Positions 8,751-18,888 of a stretch of 64,000 bases of DNA are shown in pieces. This DNA is from an uncultured Paludibacter sp. GTDB taxonomy: Bacteria > Bacteroidota > Bacteroidia > Bacteroidales > Paludibacteraceae. Made by a program: the position numbers and the translations under genes. The notes beneath the pieces were generated by a model, which did not search any database, was not told where the DNA came from, and saw only the letters and a list, made by a program, of their open reading frames with translations. The stretch is taken from NCBI GenBank assembly GCA_964541615.1, contig CAZIRA010000001.1:2095-66094 (forward strand), read 5' to 3'. Within the stretch, counting starts at the first letter, position 1. Each line of letters starts with the position of its first letter.

Positions 8751-10160
8751 ATGACTTTTACAGAAATTTTCCTTATCATTCTTGCACTGCTTTTAGTGGT
8801 CAATCTCTTAATTCTTATTTTCAAGAAACCGAATATCAACACCGATGAATTAAAAACCGATATCAATCAAGCCGGATTTGAGATTTCGAAGATTGATCCT
8901 TTGATACGTTCAGAGTTTTCAGGCAACAGGCAGGAACTTGCTTCTTCGCTTAAATCATTTTCAGAGCAACTCACTTCGTCTTCCAAAGATAACAGAACGG
9001 AACTGGCGGAGGGATTGAAATCATTTGAGGAAAAATTCTCGAATAATATCAAAGACATGAATGAAGTTCAACGGCAGAAATTCAACGATATTGCTGAAAA
9101 ACAAAACCAGATAAAAGCCGAAACCGAAGCTAAACTTGAAAAAATCCGTGAAACATTGGAGCAAAAACTTCAATCCATACAGGATGAAAACAGCAAAAAG
9201 CTGGAAGAAATGCGTCATACAGTGGATGAAAAACTCCAAAGCACGCTCGAAAAACGGTTTAACGATTCATTTACGCTTATCAGCGAGCGGCTGGAGCAGG
9301 TACACAAGGGATTGGGCGAAATGCAGAATCTGGCGAACAGTGTTGGCGATATCAAAAAGGTGATGACCAATGTGAAATCGCGAGGAATCCTCGGCGAATA
9401 CCAACTTGCCAACCTCCTCGAAGACCTGCTTACCAACGAGCAGTACGAGAAAAACGTCACTACAAAACCAAACAGCGGTGCAATCGTAGAATTTGCCATA
9501 AAAATGCCAAACAACAATAGCTTTGACAAGACCCTTTGGCTTCCGATTGATTCAAAATTTCCAAAAGAAGACTATGAAGCGTTGGTAGATGCGTATGACG
9601 ATGGCGACGGACTAAAAATCGAGGAATTGAAAAAGTCGTTCAAAAACTCTATTATCAAAAACGCGAAAGACATCAAGGAAAAATACATCGACCCGCCAAA
9701 TACCACCGAATACGGCATCATGTTTCTCCCATTCGAAAGTCTGTATGCAGAAGTACTGCGTACGCCCGGATTATTTGAAACCATTCAGAAAAATTTCAAA
9801 GTCACCATTACCGGTCCCACTACGCTCAGCGCATTGCTGAGCAGTCTTCAAATGGGTTTCAGAACACTTGCTATTCAGAGAAGAAGCAGTGAAGTGTGGG
9901 ACTTACTCGGAGCTGTGAAAACTGAGTTTGGAAAATTTGGCATCGTACTTGAAAAAACAAAGAAGAAACTGCAAGAAGCATCCAGCACCATCGAGCAGGC
10001 AGGAATACGCAGTCGTGCCATCGAGCGTCAACTGAGGAAAGTGCAGGAACTTCCGGCTTCTGATTCCCGGCAAAAAATTTTATCTGAAATAAATGAAAAC
10101 AGCGAAGATATCGTTGAAGAGATAGAAGATATGCTTTTCAATGAGGGGAATGATAATTAG
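8751..10160 (+). CDS. rmuC: DNA recombination protein RmuC
   Basis: N-terminal TM segment, long coiled coil, and a conserved C-terminal RmuC region (LWLPIDSKFP, MFLPFESLYAE). I prefer ATG 8751, which lies ~40 nt after a TATATTTG -7 box, over the track's TTG 8706. Confidence 0.9.
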   Translation: MTFTEIFLIILALLLVVNLLILIFKKPNINTDELKTDINQAGFEISKIDPLIRSEFSGNRQELASSLKSFSEQLTSSSKDNRTELAEGLKSFEEKFSNNIKDMNEVQRQKFNDIAEKQNQIKAETEAKLEKIRETLEQKLQSIQDENSKKLEEMRHTVDEKLQSTLEKRFNDSFTLISERLEQVHKGLGEMQNLANSVGDIKKVMTNVKSRGILGEYQLANLLEDLLTNEQYEKNVTTKPNSGAIVEFAIKMPNNNSFDKTLWLPIDSKFPKEDYEALVDAYDDGDGLKIEELKKSFKNSIIKNAKDIKEKYIDPPNTTEYGIMFLPFESLYAEVLRTPGLFETIQKNFKVTITGPTTLSALLSSLQMGFRTLAIQRRSSEVWDLLGAVKTEFGKFGIVLEKTKKKLQEASSTIEQAGIRSRAIERQLRKVQELPASDSRQKILSEINENSEDIVEEIEDMLFNEGNDN

Positions 10161-10175
10161 TCTTTTTTGATTCTA

Positions 10176-10212
10176 CAAAAAAAAGTTGGAAATTCGCTTC
10201 CAACTTTTTTTA
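10176..10212. terminator. bidirectional terminator (rmuC / cupin gene)
   Basis: AAAAAAAA-AGTTGGAA-ATTCGC-TTCCAACT-TTTTTTT. Confidence 0.85.
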
Positions 10213-10227
10213 TAATTTATCCTTTTC

Positions 10228-10752
10228 CTAATGATCATGATCATGTTCTATACCCTCGGCTTGTGTAGCATGAACGGTTCCATGTGCATGTTCCACCGGT
10301 GCATAGATAGAATATAATTTCAGCGGTTGATCACCCGTATTTTTCAAATTGTGCCATTTTCCGGCAGGAATAAAAAATGCAAAATCATCTTTCACTTCAC
10401 GAATAAAATCTAGATTTTCTTCTGTATCACCCATATAAACTGTTCCCGTTCCAGCTTCTACGCGTATAAATTGATCAGTCTGCGTATGGAGTTCCAATCC
10501 GATGTCTTCACCCGGCTGCAAAGTCATCAATGTCATCTGCAGAAATGTACCTGTCCAAAACGAAGTGCGGAAATTTTCATTCTGCAAAGTAATGTCCTCC
10601 ATATCAAAAACAATTGGTTCTGGACCATAATCTTTGAGTTCCATCAGTTCGTTACTTACTGCCGGATTTTCAATTTCAGTCGTTTTTACTTGTTGATTAC
10701 ACGCTGAAAATACAAATGTTACTGCTGCTAATAATAAAAAAACTTTTTTCAT
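10228..10752 (-). CDS. exported cupin-domain lipoprotein with a His-rich C-terminus
   Basis: 174 aa. Lipobox VFSAC, cupin_2-like core (GEDIGLELHTQTDQFIRVEAGTGTV ... IPAGKWHNLKNTG), tail EHDHDH. Confidence 0.6.
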   Translation of the reverse strand: MKKVFLLLAAVTFVFSACNQQVKTTEIENPAVSNELMELKDYGPEPIVFDMEDITLQNENFRTSFWTGTFLQMTLMTLQPGEDIGLELHTQTDQFIRVEAGTGTVYMGDTEENLDFIREVKDDFAFFIPAGKWHNLKNTGDQPLKLYSIYAPVEHAHGTVHATQAEGIEHDHDH

Positions 10753-11017
10753 GTGTAAATAATTTGTTTTTTAGTTGTCACATGGAACTCGCATGTCAGA
10801 TTCTCATCATCTTTGTTGAACCACCGTGTTCATGCTCGTTTCATGCTAATAAAATATTTATGTAGTGAATATTATCTTTCGTTGATAATTTTGAGAAAAT
10901 GAAACTTTGGTAATACTACAATTCTCTTTCATCCCAAAGATAATAAATTCTTTTGAGAATCCTACCTCAATGGAAATTCATTTGATTAATAAGCTCATAG
11001 AAAAACTCATTAAACTC

Positions 11018-11054
11018 AAAAAAAAACGGCAGTCTGAAATCAGACAGCCGTTTT
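11018..11054 (-). terminator. rho-independent terminator of the EF-G paralog
   Basis: On the minus strand: CGGCTGTCTGA-TT-TCAGACTGCCG followed by a T-run. Confidence 0.8.
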
Positions 11055-11094
11055 AAGTAGAATTGAAGAAACTATATAATAAATAGTTGAATGT

Positions 11095-13254
11095 CTATTC
11101 TTCTTCTTTTTTCTGTGCTTCGTATTCTTTGAGAAGTTTGTCCTGAACATCGGATGGAACAAGTTCATAACTGGCAAATTTCATATTGAACGAACCACGT
11201 CCGCCGGTAAGCGAACTTAGCGTAGTAGAATAAGTTGACATTTCTTTCAAAGGTACGCGTGCTTTCAGTTTTTCAAAACCTTTTTCGCTTTCCATACCCA
11301 TAATCATTCCACGACGACTCTGCAGATCGCTCATGATGTCTCCCATGTATTCAGCCGGGATAGAAACAACTACGTCGTAAATAGGTTCCAGAATTTTTGG
11401 TCCTGCTTCCTTAAACGCAGTACTGAACGCATTACGTCCTGCAAGCATAAAGGAGATTTCATTGGAGTCAACCGGGTGCATTTTACCGTCATATACTATC
11501 ACACGTACATCGCGGGCATAAGATCCGGTAAGGGGTCCTTGCTCCATGCGCTGCATCAATCCTTTCATGATGGCAGGCAAGAAACGAGTGTCGATAGATC
11601 CACCAACGATACTGTTGATAAACACAAGTTTTCCGCCCCAATCCAGTGTAACTTCCTGAGTATCACGCACGCTAATTTTGTATTCCTGCCCTCCGAAACG
11701 GAACATTTCAGGAGCAGGCATGCCTTCTGTCCAAGGTTCAATAATCATGTGTACCTCACCGAATTGTCCGGCACCACCTGATTGTTTTTTGTGTCGATAG
11801 TCAGCACGCGCAGCTTTGGTAATAGTTTCCCGATAAGGAATTTTTGGTTCGATAAATTCAATTTCAATTTTATCGTTATTTTCAATTCTCCATTTCAAGG
11901 TTTTCAGGTGGAATTCGCCCTGACCGGAAATAATTGTTTGTTTCAATTCTTTGGAAACTTCCACAACCCATGTTGGATCTTCTTCTTTCATTCTGTTGAG
12001 TGCTTCACTCATTTTCTCAGTATTGGACTCAGAAAGTGGGCGGATAGCACGACGGTAGCGAGGATCCGGATATTTGATGAAATTAAACTGATTGCTTACT
12101 TCTTTTGAATTCAATGTATTTCCAGTGCGCACATCTTTCAGTTTTACGGCTGCGGCAATGCTTCCTGCGTGAAGAACTTCAGCTTTGGTGCGGATTTGTC
12201 CGGCAACGGTCTGAATCTGTGACAGACGCTCTTTGGAACTGCGATTAGCGTTTATAAGGTCATCTCCTTCAGAAACTTTCCCGGACATAACTTTGAAGTA
12301 GGAAACTTCACCAATGTGAGGTTCAACGGTAGTTTTGAAGAAGAATAAGCTAGTAGGTCCGTTTGAATCTGGTTTCACCTCTTTGCCTTCCGAGTTAAGC
12401 GGGGCAGGCATATCATTTGGAGATGGTGCTACCATGCTCAGAAAGTTCATCACACGGTGAACACACATGTTTTTTTCGCCAGATGCACAGAAAACCGGGA
12501 ACATAGAACGAGATAGCATCCCTTTGTGGATTCCTTCGCGCATTTCTTCTTCAGTCAGCGTGCCCTGGTCAAAGAATTTTTCCATCAAGCCTTCATCATT
12601 CTCAGCAGCAGCTTCCAGTAAAAGTTGAAAATAATCATCAGCTCTGTCTTTTTCGCTGGCAGGAATTTCAAGCACTTCAGGAGCAGTTGCACCCGGTGCC
12701 CATTTGTACATTTTTTGTTTCAACACATCCACCACGGCATCAAAAGAAACTCCGGATGAAACAGGGTATTGTACCACCATTACTTTGCTTCCGTACATTT
12801 CTTTCAGTCCGGCAAGTGTGTTTTCATAATCAGCTTTTTCGTGGTCAAGCTGGTTGATAAGGAAAAGCAGCGGTTTATTGAGCTCTTCTGTGTAGCGGAA
12901 TTGATTCATCGTACCCACTTCTACTCCACTTGTTGCATCAATTAACATCATTGCCATGTCAGTCACGTTAAGTGCTGAAATTACGCCTCCGATAAAGTCA
13001 TCTGAACCAGGGCAATCGATGAAGTTCATCATTTTGTTCTTCCACTCGAAGGATAACACGCTTGAGAAAACAGAGTAGCCATACTCTTTTTCAACTGGGA
13101 AATAATCTGAAACTGTGTTTTGGTTATCTACTGAACCTCTACGTTTTATAACTCCACTCTCGAAAAGCATAGCTTCTGCAAGAGTGGTTTTCCCGGCGCC
13201 GGAACTACCCAGCAATGCAATGTTCTTAATTTCGTTAGTTTGATATACTTTCAT
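11095..13254 (-). CDS. elongation factor G paralog (EFG-II-like translational GTPase)
   Basis: 719 aa with EF-G architecture. G1 is GSSGAGKTT, G3 is DCPGSDDF, G4 is NQLD, and G5-like is FCASGEKN. Domains II-V are alignable to EF-G by eye. Confidence 0.85.
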   Translation of the reverse strand: MKVYQTNEIKNIALLGSSGAGKTTLAEAMLFESGVIKRRGSVDNQNTVSDYFPVEKEYGYSVFSSVLSFEWKNKMMNFIDCPGSDDFIGGVISALNVTDMAMMLIDATSGVEVGTMNQFRYTEELNKPLLFLINQLDHEKADYENTLAGLKEMYGSKVMVVQYPVSSGVSFDAVVDVLKQKMYKWAPGATAPEVLEIPASEKDRADDYFQLLLEAAAENDEGLMEKFFDQGTLTEEEMREGIHKGMLSRSMFPVFCASGEKNMCVHRVMNFLSMVAPSPNDMPAPLNSEGKEVKPDSNGPTSLFFFKTTVEPHIGEVSYFKVMSGKVSEGDDLINANRSSKERLSQIQTVAGQIRTKAEVLHAGSIAAAVKLKDVRTGNTLNSKEVSNQFNFIKYPDPRYRRAIRPLSESNTEKMSEALNRMKEEDPTWVVEVSKELKQTIISGQGEFHLKTLKWRIENNDKIEIEFIEPKIPYRETITKAARADYRHKKQSGGAGQFGEVHMIIEPWTEGMPAPEMFRFGGQEYKISVRDTQEVTLDWGGKLVFINSIVGGSIDTRFLPAIMKGLMQRMEQGPLTGSYARDVRVIVYDGKMHPVDSNEISFMLAGRNAFSTAFKEAGPKILEPIYDVVVSIPAEYMGDIMSDLQSRRGMIMGMESEKGFEKLKARVPLKEMSTYSTTLSSLTGGRGSFNMKFASYELVPSDVQDKLLKEYEAQKKEEE

Positions 13255-13484
13255 ATCTCATTAATTTATAGATAGTTAGACAAAAAAGGTATTAAATTTC
13301 GTGTAAAAAAATTGATACGCAATTTACAAAAACTTAATCAAACAAGCGATTCCTTTTTTATGTTATGCAACATATTTTCAGTAGTGGGGTTTAACAATAA
13401 TAAACAAATTCACCAGAACAGCAATTTTGAAAAAAAAGGGTAGTAAAATGCAGTGTAATTTTGATTGAAAAACAAGAATTTACC

Positions 13485-13516
13485 GAAAAAAGCATCCAAC
13501 CTAGTGAATGCTTTTT
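13485..13516 (-). terminator. probable terminator of the wza-wzc operon
   Basis: AAAAAGCAT ... ATGCTTTTT stem with a 12-nt loop, just downstream of the wzc stop. Confidence 0.55.
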
Positions 13517-13526
13517 AATTATTTTG

Positions 13527-15938
13527 CTATTTTCTATTTCTCCTTTTTTTCAAAAAATCATGAATAAAACCTCGTAGTTTCTCATCAAATGTGATACCCG
13601 GAAGCTTGTATCTTCTCTGCTGATTGCTGCCATAACCGTATCCGTAGCCATACCCTGATGATGTAGACGAAGTTCCATTCAGTACTACTCCCATTCCGTG
13701 AAGGCGGTTCTCTTCGTACACCTCGTTGATCAAAATGGTTGCATCTTTAGGTGTGTGATTCTGTCGCGCTACGAAGATCGAATTGTCTGCAATTCTATTT
13801 AAAAGATATGTGTCTGATACCATACCAATCGGTGCTGTGTCAACCACGATATATTCATATCTCTCCTTTGCGTAAGCTATGAACGCATCAAGCCTGGGAT
13901 TCATGATAAGTTCGGCAGGATTTGGCGGCACAGGACCGGCCGGAACTACATCCAGATAATCATGCCATCCTGAAGGAAGGATGATTTCTGTAGGATCAAC
14001 AGAACTGTCTGAGAGGTAAATGGTCATGCCTTTGTTTTGTGGCAGATGCAGATACTCACCCAGCATCGGATTGCGGATATCCATCCCCATCACAAGAACT
14101 TTTTTCTTCATCAGGGCTAGCGACATTGCCAGATTTATGGAAATAAATGATTTTCCTTCACCAGTTAAGCTGGAAGTCACCAAAATAACCGGCGATTTTT
14201 TTCCACCAATAATAAACTGCAGATTTGTTCTTACCAAACGGAACATTTCAACGATAGGCGTAGTTTTACCTTCGGTAACAATCACAGTTTCACTCTCACG
14301 GCTTGTACCTATGCTTCCCAAAAATGGAGCTTTTATCAAACGCTGGAATTCCTTTGAATCTTCAATTTTGTTGTTGATAAGATCTTTTAGATAAATATAA
14401 AGGAATGGAATCAGCAACCCAATCATCAATGCTACCAGGTATATAATCCGTCCTTTGGGAGCAACGGGCTCCAACGATGCGTATGCTCTGTCGATGGTTC
14501 GTGCGGCAGGAGCTGTGCTTGCCAGACTCAGTGCTGTTTCTTCCCTTTTTTGAGACAGGAAAAGATACAGATTTTGTTTTATTTCCTGTTGGCGTTTTAT
14601 TTCCAGGAATTGACGCTCCTGAGTTGGTACGCTTCTGATTTTTGAATTGAACTGTGCACCTTGTCTCAGCACATCATTTCTAGCTATCTGAATGCCTGAT
14701 TTAACGCTTGCAACACTAGCCAGCACATTGGATTTTAATGCTGCAATCTGCATATCGACCTGCATCAAAGCCGGGTTTTTCATATTCGCTGTTTGAGCCA
14801 GTTTCATCCGTTCCAGCACAGCCATGTTATATTCTTGAATGGATTTGGCAAGGGAGGGATCGTCAGTGATCACATTGGCCGGAATAAGTGCATCAGCATT
14901 TTTAGAGCTTTTGATGTAGTTCTCGACAGAATTGACCATATTCAGCTGTGTCTCAAGCTCGGTTAGCTGTTTCTCGTATGTGCTGGCTGTTTCAAGGTAA
15001 AGCGCCGCCTCGGATGATAAATCGGTCAGTTTATTGGAACGTTTGTAGTTTTCTACATCTGATTCAACATCAAAAAGTTCTTTGGTGATGATTCCGAGCC
15101 GCTCATGAATAAAGTTTGCCGTATTCCTTGCAATGATGTTTTTATCAACTATCGCATCTAAATTATACAGTTCCACCACTTTATTCAAGAAATCTTCAGC
15201 CATTTGGATATTTGATTCGATGATCGACAATTTTATGGCATTGGATTGCTTATTGATAGTCCCAACACTTAGTCTTTCACTGTAATTTTCAACTAAATTC
15301 TTTATCGGATGAACAATTACCTTGTATTTCGTTTCTTTTTTGGGCAGAGCAGTTGCTACAAAATTGAATCTGCCGGCAGGAGTCAGGAAAGGCTCCTGGA
15401 TATTTGCGAGCTTATAATCTGCTTTAAATCGACTCTTCGCTTCTACATCCACTTTGTATGTTCCGCCACTTTCTTTTACAATTAGATTTATAGTGTAAGT
15501 CAAGCTGTCAAGAAATTCCTTGGAAAGACTTATTTTGAAAGGTGCGTTTTTGTACTGTTTGACATAACGAAGCCCGTCTTTTTCGAAATATTCAACCTGA
15601 AGATCCAAAGAATCAATGGCTTGTTTGATGATTTTTTTGGAACTGATAACTTGAATTTCATCTTCCACCTCTTTTGAAATTCCATTAAAACCAAGACTTT
15701 CCATCATAGCCATCTGAGAGATTCCGGTTGAACTTTCGTCGTTTCTTAAAAGAATAACAGACTGAATCTGGTATTTTACTTCTGAACTTCGGATAAATAG
15801 GAAGGCTATAATAAAGGCAATGATAACAGAAAGTACAAACCAATACCACCTACGGATATATTTCAGAAGTATCTCCCGGATATTAATTATGTCTTCGCTG
15901 CTACTGTTTTGGTTGAATTTATTTTGATTATTGTTCAT
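13527..15938 (-). CDS. wzc: polysaccharide co-polymerase / BY-type tyrosine autokinase (Wzc-like)
   Basis: 803 aa. Wzz-like domain flanked by TM segments, Walker A (SSLTGEGKS), and a C-terminal Tyr cluster (SSGYGYGYGYGS..RRY). Confidence 0.9.
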   Translation of the reverse strand: MNNNQNKFNQNSSSEDIINIREILLKYIRRWYWFVLSVIIAFIIAFLFIRSSEVKYQIQSVILLRNDESSTGISQMAMMESLGFNGISKEVEDEIQVISSKKIIKQAIDSLDLQVEYFEKDGLRYVKQYKNAPFKISLSKEFLDSLTYTINLIVKESGGTYKVDVEAKSRFKADYKLANIQEPFLTPAGRFNFVATALPKKETKYKVIVHPIKNLVENYSERLSVGTINKQSNAIKLSIIESNIQMAEDFLNKVVELYNLDAIVDKNIIARNTANFIHERLGIITKELFDVESDVENYKRSNKLTDLSSEAALYLETASTYEKQLTELETQLNMVNSVENYIKSSKNADALIPANVITDDPSLAKSIQEYNMAVLERMKLAQTANMKNPALMQVDMQIAALKSNVLASVASVKSGIQIARNDVLRQGAQFNSKIRSVPTQERQFLEIKRQQEIKQNLYLFLSQKREETALSLASTAPAARTIDRAYASLEPVAPKGRIIYLVALMIGLLIPFLYIYLKDLINNKIEDSKEFQRLIKAPFLGSIGTSRESETVIVTEGKTTPIVEMFRLVRTNLQFIIGGKKSPVILVTSSLTGEGKSFISINLAMSLALMKKKVLVMGMDIRNPMLGEYLHLPQNKGMTIYLSDSSVDPTEIILPSGWHDYLDVVPAGPVPPNPAELIMNPRLDAFIAYAKERYEYIVVDTAPIGMVSDTYLLNRIADNSIFVARQNHTPKDATILINEVYEENRLHGMGVVLNGTSSTSSGYGYGYGYGSNQQRRYKLPGITFDEKLRGFIHDFLKKRRNRK

Positions 15939-15968
15939 AAAAAAAATCTTGATTTTGTCAATTGAAAC

Positions 15969-16769
15969 TTAAGGATTGCTATTGCTTCTTGAAATTGAAT
16001 AGGTCAAAGTTATCAAAGTTGCCAGTGTGGAAATGGATGACAGAAACAGCGGTATATTCTGCGACGAAATTGAACGTACATTGTTAGGTTCCACATAAAT
16101 CACATCATTCTGCTGGATATAATAGTAAGGAGAATTGAAAACATCAACATCGTTTAAGTTTAATCTTGCAAATTGCAGTTTTCCGTTGTGCTCACGGGTA
16201 ATGAGGACATTTTCTCTGCGTCCGAAAGGTGTCATGTCGCCAGCCATTCCGAGCGCATCCAAAATCGTAGTTCTCTCATTGTTGATAGGATACTGACCGG
16301 GTTTTACAACTTCTCCAAGCACTGTGACATTAAAATTAAGAAATTTTACATTCACAATGGGATTTTGCACATACTCTGTCAGTCTGCCGGTGATGATTTC
16401 CACAGCTTCGGAACGGGACAATCCTTTCAGATTTAATTTGCCAAGTACTGGAAAATTAATCGTACCATCGGTTTCTACAGTATAAGGCTGCTGAGATTGG
16501 ACTCCATAAAAATTTTCGGATCCTGGAGCAGCGTAAGTAATAATCGGAAGATTAAACACGGCAACAGAGTTAGGATCGCTACCGGTAACCGTTATCACCA
16601 GCAAATCACCGGATTTAATCTTTGCCTCGTGCAAAAAGTTGGATTTATTGTTAATTGAGTCTGCAGCGCCCTCATTCAATTGATTGAAGTAACTCAGTTT
16701 TTTTTGTGATGTGCAACCAACAATAAATATCGTTAGGATTACAAAAGAAAATTGATAAAATTTTTTCAT
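15969..16769 (-). CDS. wza: polysaccharide export outer-membrane lipoprotein (Wza-like)
   Basis: 266 aa. Lipobox IVGC and Poly_export/SLBB-like motifs (GDLLVITV, VKPGQYPI). Sits directly upstream of the Wzc-like gene. Confidence 0.88.
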   Translation of the reverse strand: MKKFYQFSFVILTIFIVGCTSQKKLSYFNQLNEGAADSINNKSNFLHEAKIKSGDLLVITVTGSDPNSVAVFNLPIITYAAPGSENFYGVQSQQPYTVETDGTINFPVLGKLNLKGLSRSEAVEIITGRLTEYVQNPIVNVKFLNFNVTVLGEVVKPGQYPINNERTTILDALGMAGDMTPFGRRENVLITREHNGKLQFARLNLNDVDVFNSPYYYIQQNDVIYVEPNNVRSISSQNIPLFLSSISTLATLITLTYSISRSNSNP

Positions 16770-16991
16770 ATATAACTTTAATCTTCTGTGAATTATTATT
16801 CTTCAAAATACAATAACAAATTGATCAGACCACTTCCCTATCCAAATACTGAAGCATTTTTCACGAAATCACAGTTTGACAAAAGTACTTAAATACAACT
16901 TACTGAACAAATTGGGATGATTGAATTTTGCAAATTTCCTAAAATATTCTTCAAAACAGCAAACTCACATATATTTAAGTGAAAATATTTT

Positions 16992-16999
16992 TAGATTTG
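16992..16999 (+). promoter_or_regulatory. -7 box for the M20 dipeptidase gene
   Basis: TAGATTTG about 45 nt upstream of ATG 17046. Confidence 0.45.
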
Positions 17000-17045
17000 T
17001 GAAACAAAAGCTTTAACTCAACGTTGATACTTAAAAGATATTATC

Positions 17046-18404
17046 ATGGAAATAAAAAAATACATTAAAGAAACACAACCAAAATTTTTCGAGGATTTAT
17101 TCTCGTTGATCCGAATTCCTAGTGTGAGTTCACATTCTCACCGCAAAGACGATTTGATAAAATGCGCAGAACAGTGGAAAAACCTATTGTTTGAAGCGGG
17201 TGTTGATACTGCTGAAATCCTTCCTACGAATGGAAATCCTGTCGTTTTCGCTACAAAAATCATTGATCCAAAATTACCTACGGTGATGGTGTACGGGCAC
17301 TACGACGTGATGCCGGCCGAACCGCTCGACCTTTGGACTTCACCACCTTTTGAACCAGAAATAAGAGACGGAAAGGTATTTGCCCGCGGAGCTGACGATG
17401 ACAAAGGACAATCGTTTCTTCACGCTAAAGCTTTTGAGTATTTAGTAAAAACCAACCAACTTAATTGCAATGTGAAATTTATCCTGGAAGGCGAAGAAGA
17501 AATCGGATCGCCAAGTTTGGAGGATTTCTGCAAAAAGAATAAAAAACTGTTGAAATGCGACACCATTTTGGTTTCAGACACCAGTATGCTGGCGGCAGAT
17601 ATGCCGAGCATCACCACCGGATTACGTGGTTTGGCGTATTGGGAAATTGAAGTGACAGGCGCCAACAGAGATCTGCATTCTGGAATTTTTGGAGGTGCAG
17701 TGGCCAATCCGATTATGGAATTATCCAAAATCCTTGCTCAGCTGATTGATAAAGATGGAAAAATCACCATCCCTAAATTCTATGACGACGTTGAAAAAGT
17801 TTCCAAAAAAGAACGAGAACTTATCGCACAGATTCCACTCGACACAGAAGCTTACAAAAAAGACCTGGACATCGAGTATCTTCACGGCGAAAAAGGGTAT
17901 TCTACCATTGAGCGAACCGGCATCAGGCCTACGCTTGACGTGTGCGGCATCTGGGGCGGATACACCGGAGAAGGAAGCAAAACAGTACTTCCATCCAAAG
18001 CTTTTGCAAAACTCTCGGCACGTTTGGTTCCAAATCAAAAATACGACAAAATTGCTCCGCTTGTAGAAAGACATTTGAAAAAAATCGCACCAAAGCATAT
18101 TGGCATCAAAGTAACGCGTCTTCACGGTGCAGCAAGCTACGTCTGTCCAATCGATTCGAAGGAGTACAAAGCTGCAGAAAAAGCCTATGAAAAAGCATTT
18201 GGAAAAACTCCTCTTCCGGTAAGACGCGGTGGAAGTATCGGCGTGATTCCTGTTTTTGAGAAAGTACTGGGCGTAAAACCGATTTTAATGGGATTTGGGT
18301 TGGAATCAAACGCCATCCATTCACCCAACGAAAATTTCCACATCGAACTATACGAAAAAGGGATTGAGGCGATCGTAGAATTCTATAAACAATACAATCT
18401 GTAA
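17046..18404 (+). CDS. M20 family dipeptidase / metallo-hydrolase
   Basis: 452 aa with M20 motifs (YGHYDVMP, RGADDDKGQ, EGEEEIGS). Confidence 0.85.
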   Translation: MEIKKYIKETQPKFFEDLFSLIRIPSVSSHSHRKDDLIKCAEQWKNLLFEAGVDTAEILPTNGNPVVFATKIIDPKLPTVMVYGHYDVMPAEPLDLWTSPPFEPEIRDGKVFARGADDDKGQSFLHAKAFEYLVKTNQLNCNVKFILEGEEEIGSPSLEDFCKKNKKLLKCDTILVSDTSMLAADMPSITTGLRGLAYWEIEVTGANRDLHSGIFGGAVANPIMELSKILAQLIDKDGKITIPKFYDDVEKVSKKERELIAQIPLDTEAYKKDLDIEYLHGEKGYSTIERTGIRPTLDVCGIWGGYTGEGSKTVLPSKAFAKLSARLVPNQKYDKIAPLVERHLKKIAPKHIGIKVTRLHGAASYVCPIDSKEYKAAEKAYEKAFGKTPLPVRRGGSIGVIPVFEKVLGVKPILMGFGLESNAIHSPNENFHIELYEKGIEAIVEFYKQYNL

Positions 18405-18565
18405 GTTCAACTTTCTGATTATCACAAAAGTGTAAATGATTTGAAACATATTTGTAAAATATTTTGTTTTTTTGATGAATATTGTTTGGATTATTAAAAA
18501 GAAAGTACTAAGTTTATTGCGTAAATTAAGGCTTAAATTTATTAACCATATTAATTCATTTTATT

Positions 18566-18817
18566 ATGACAAAGACAATAACATTCAACGAGTTACGTAG
18601 AATAAAGGATGCACTGCCAAGCGGGAGTATGGCCAAGATCGCAGATGAACTTGGTCTGGAAAAACAAACTGTTAAAAACTATTTCGGCGGTACAGATTAC
18701 GTAGAGGGGAAAATTGTGGGATTACACATAGAGCCGGGACCCGACGGTGGTATAGTGCAACTGGATGATACCGTAATTTTAGATGTAGCTCAAAGAATTT
18801 TGGAGGAGAATAAATAA
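18566..18817 (+). CDS. small putative helix-turn-helix DNA-binding protein
   Basis: 83 aa with an HTH-like stretch (MAKIADELGLEKQTVKNYF). Followed by a strong terminator. Confidence 0.4.
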   Translation: MTKTITFNELRRIKDALPSGSMAKIADELGLEKQTVKNYFGGTDYVEGKIVGLHIEPGPDGGIVQLDDTVILDVAQRILEENK

Positions 18818-18834
18818 AGGGTTGATTCTCAAAT

Positions 18835-18870
18835 TAAAAAAGCAGCAAAAATATTGCTGCTTTTCTTTTT
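18835..18870. terminator. bidirectional terminator (small HTH gene / trxB)
   Basis: AAAAAA-AGCAGCAA-AAATA-TTGCTGCT-TTTCTTTTTT. Confidence 0.85.
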
Positions 18871-18888
18871 TATATCACTGGGAAGGGT

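Noticed and set aside
10753-10942. The long (~180 nt) region between the only TAnnTTTG match (10935..10942, minus strand) and the cupin ATG, as a possible riboswitch or leader.
   Set aside because: I recognised no known riboswitch motif, no convincing conserved stem architecture and no plausible leader peptide. The promoter assignment itself rests on a single 8-mer.
13590-13660. The repetitive GGYTAYGG-like DNA encoding GYGYGYGYG at the 3' end of wzc.
   Set aside because: This is the expected C-terminal tyrosine cluster of BY-kinases, not an independent DNA-level feature.
16797-16956. A 12-nt repeat TATTCTTCAAAA at 16797 and 16945 upstream of wza as a possible invertible-promoter boundary.
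   Set aside because: The two copies are direct, not inverted, they lie in very AT-rich sequence, and no recombinase is nearby. Chance or trivial duplication is more likely.
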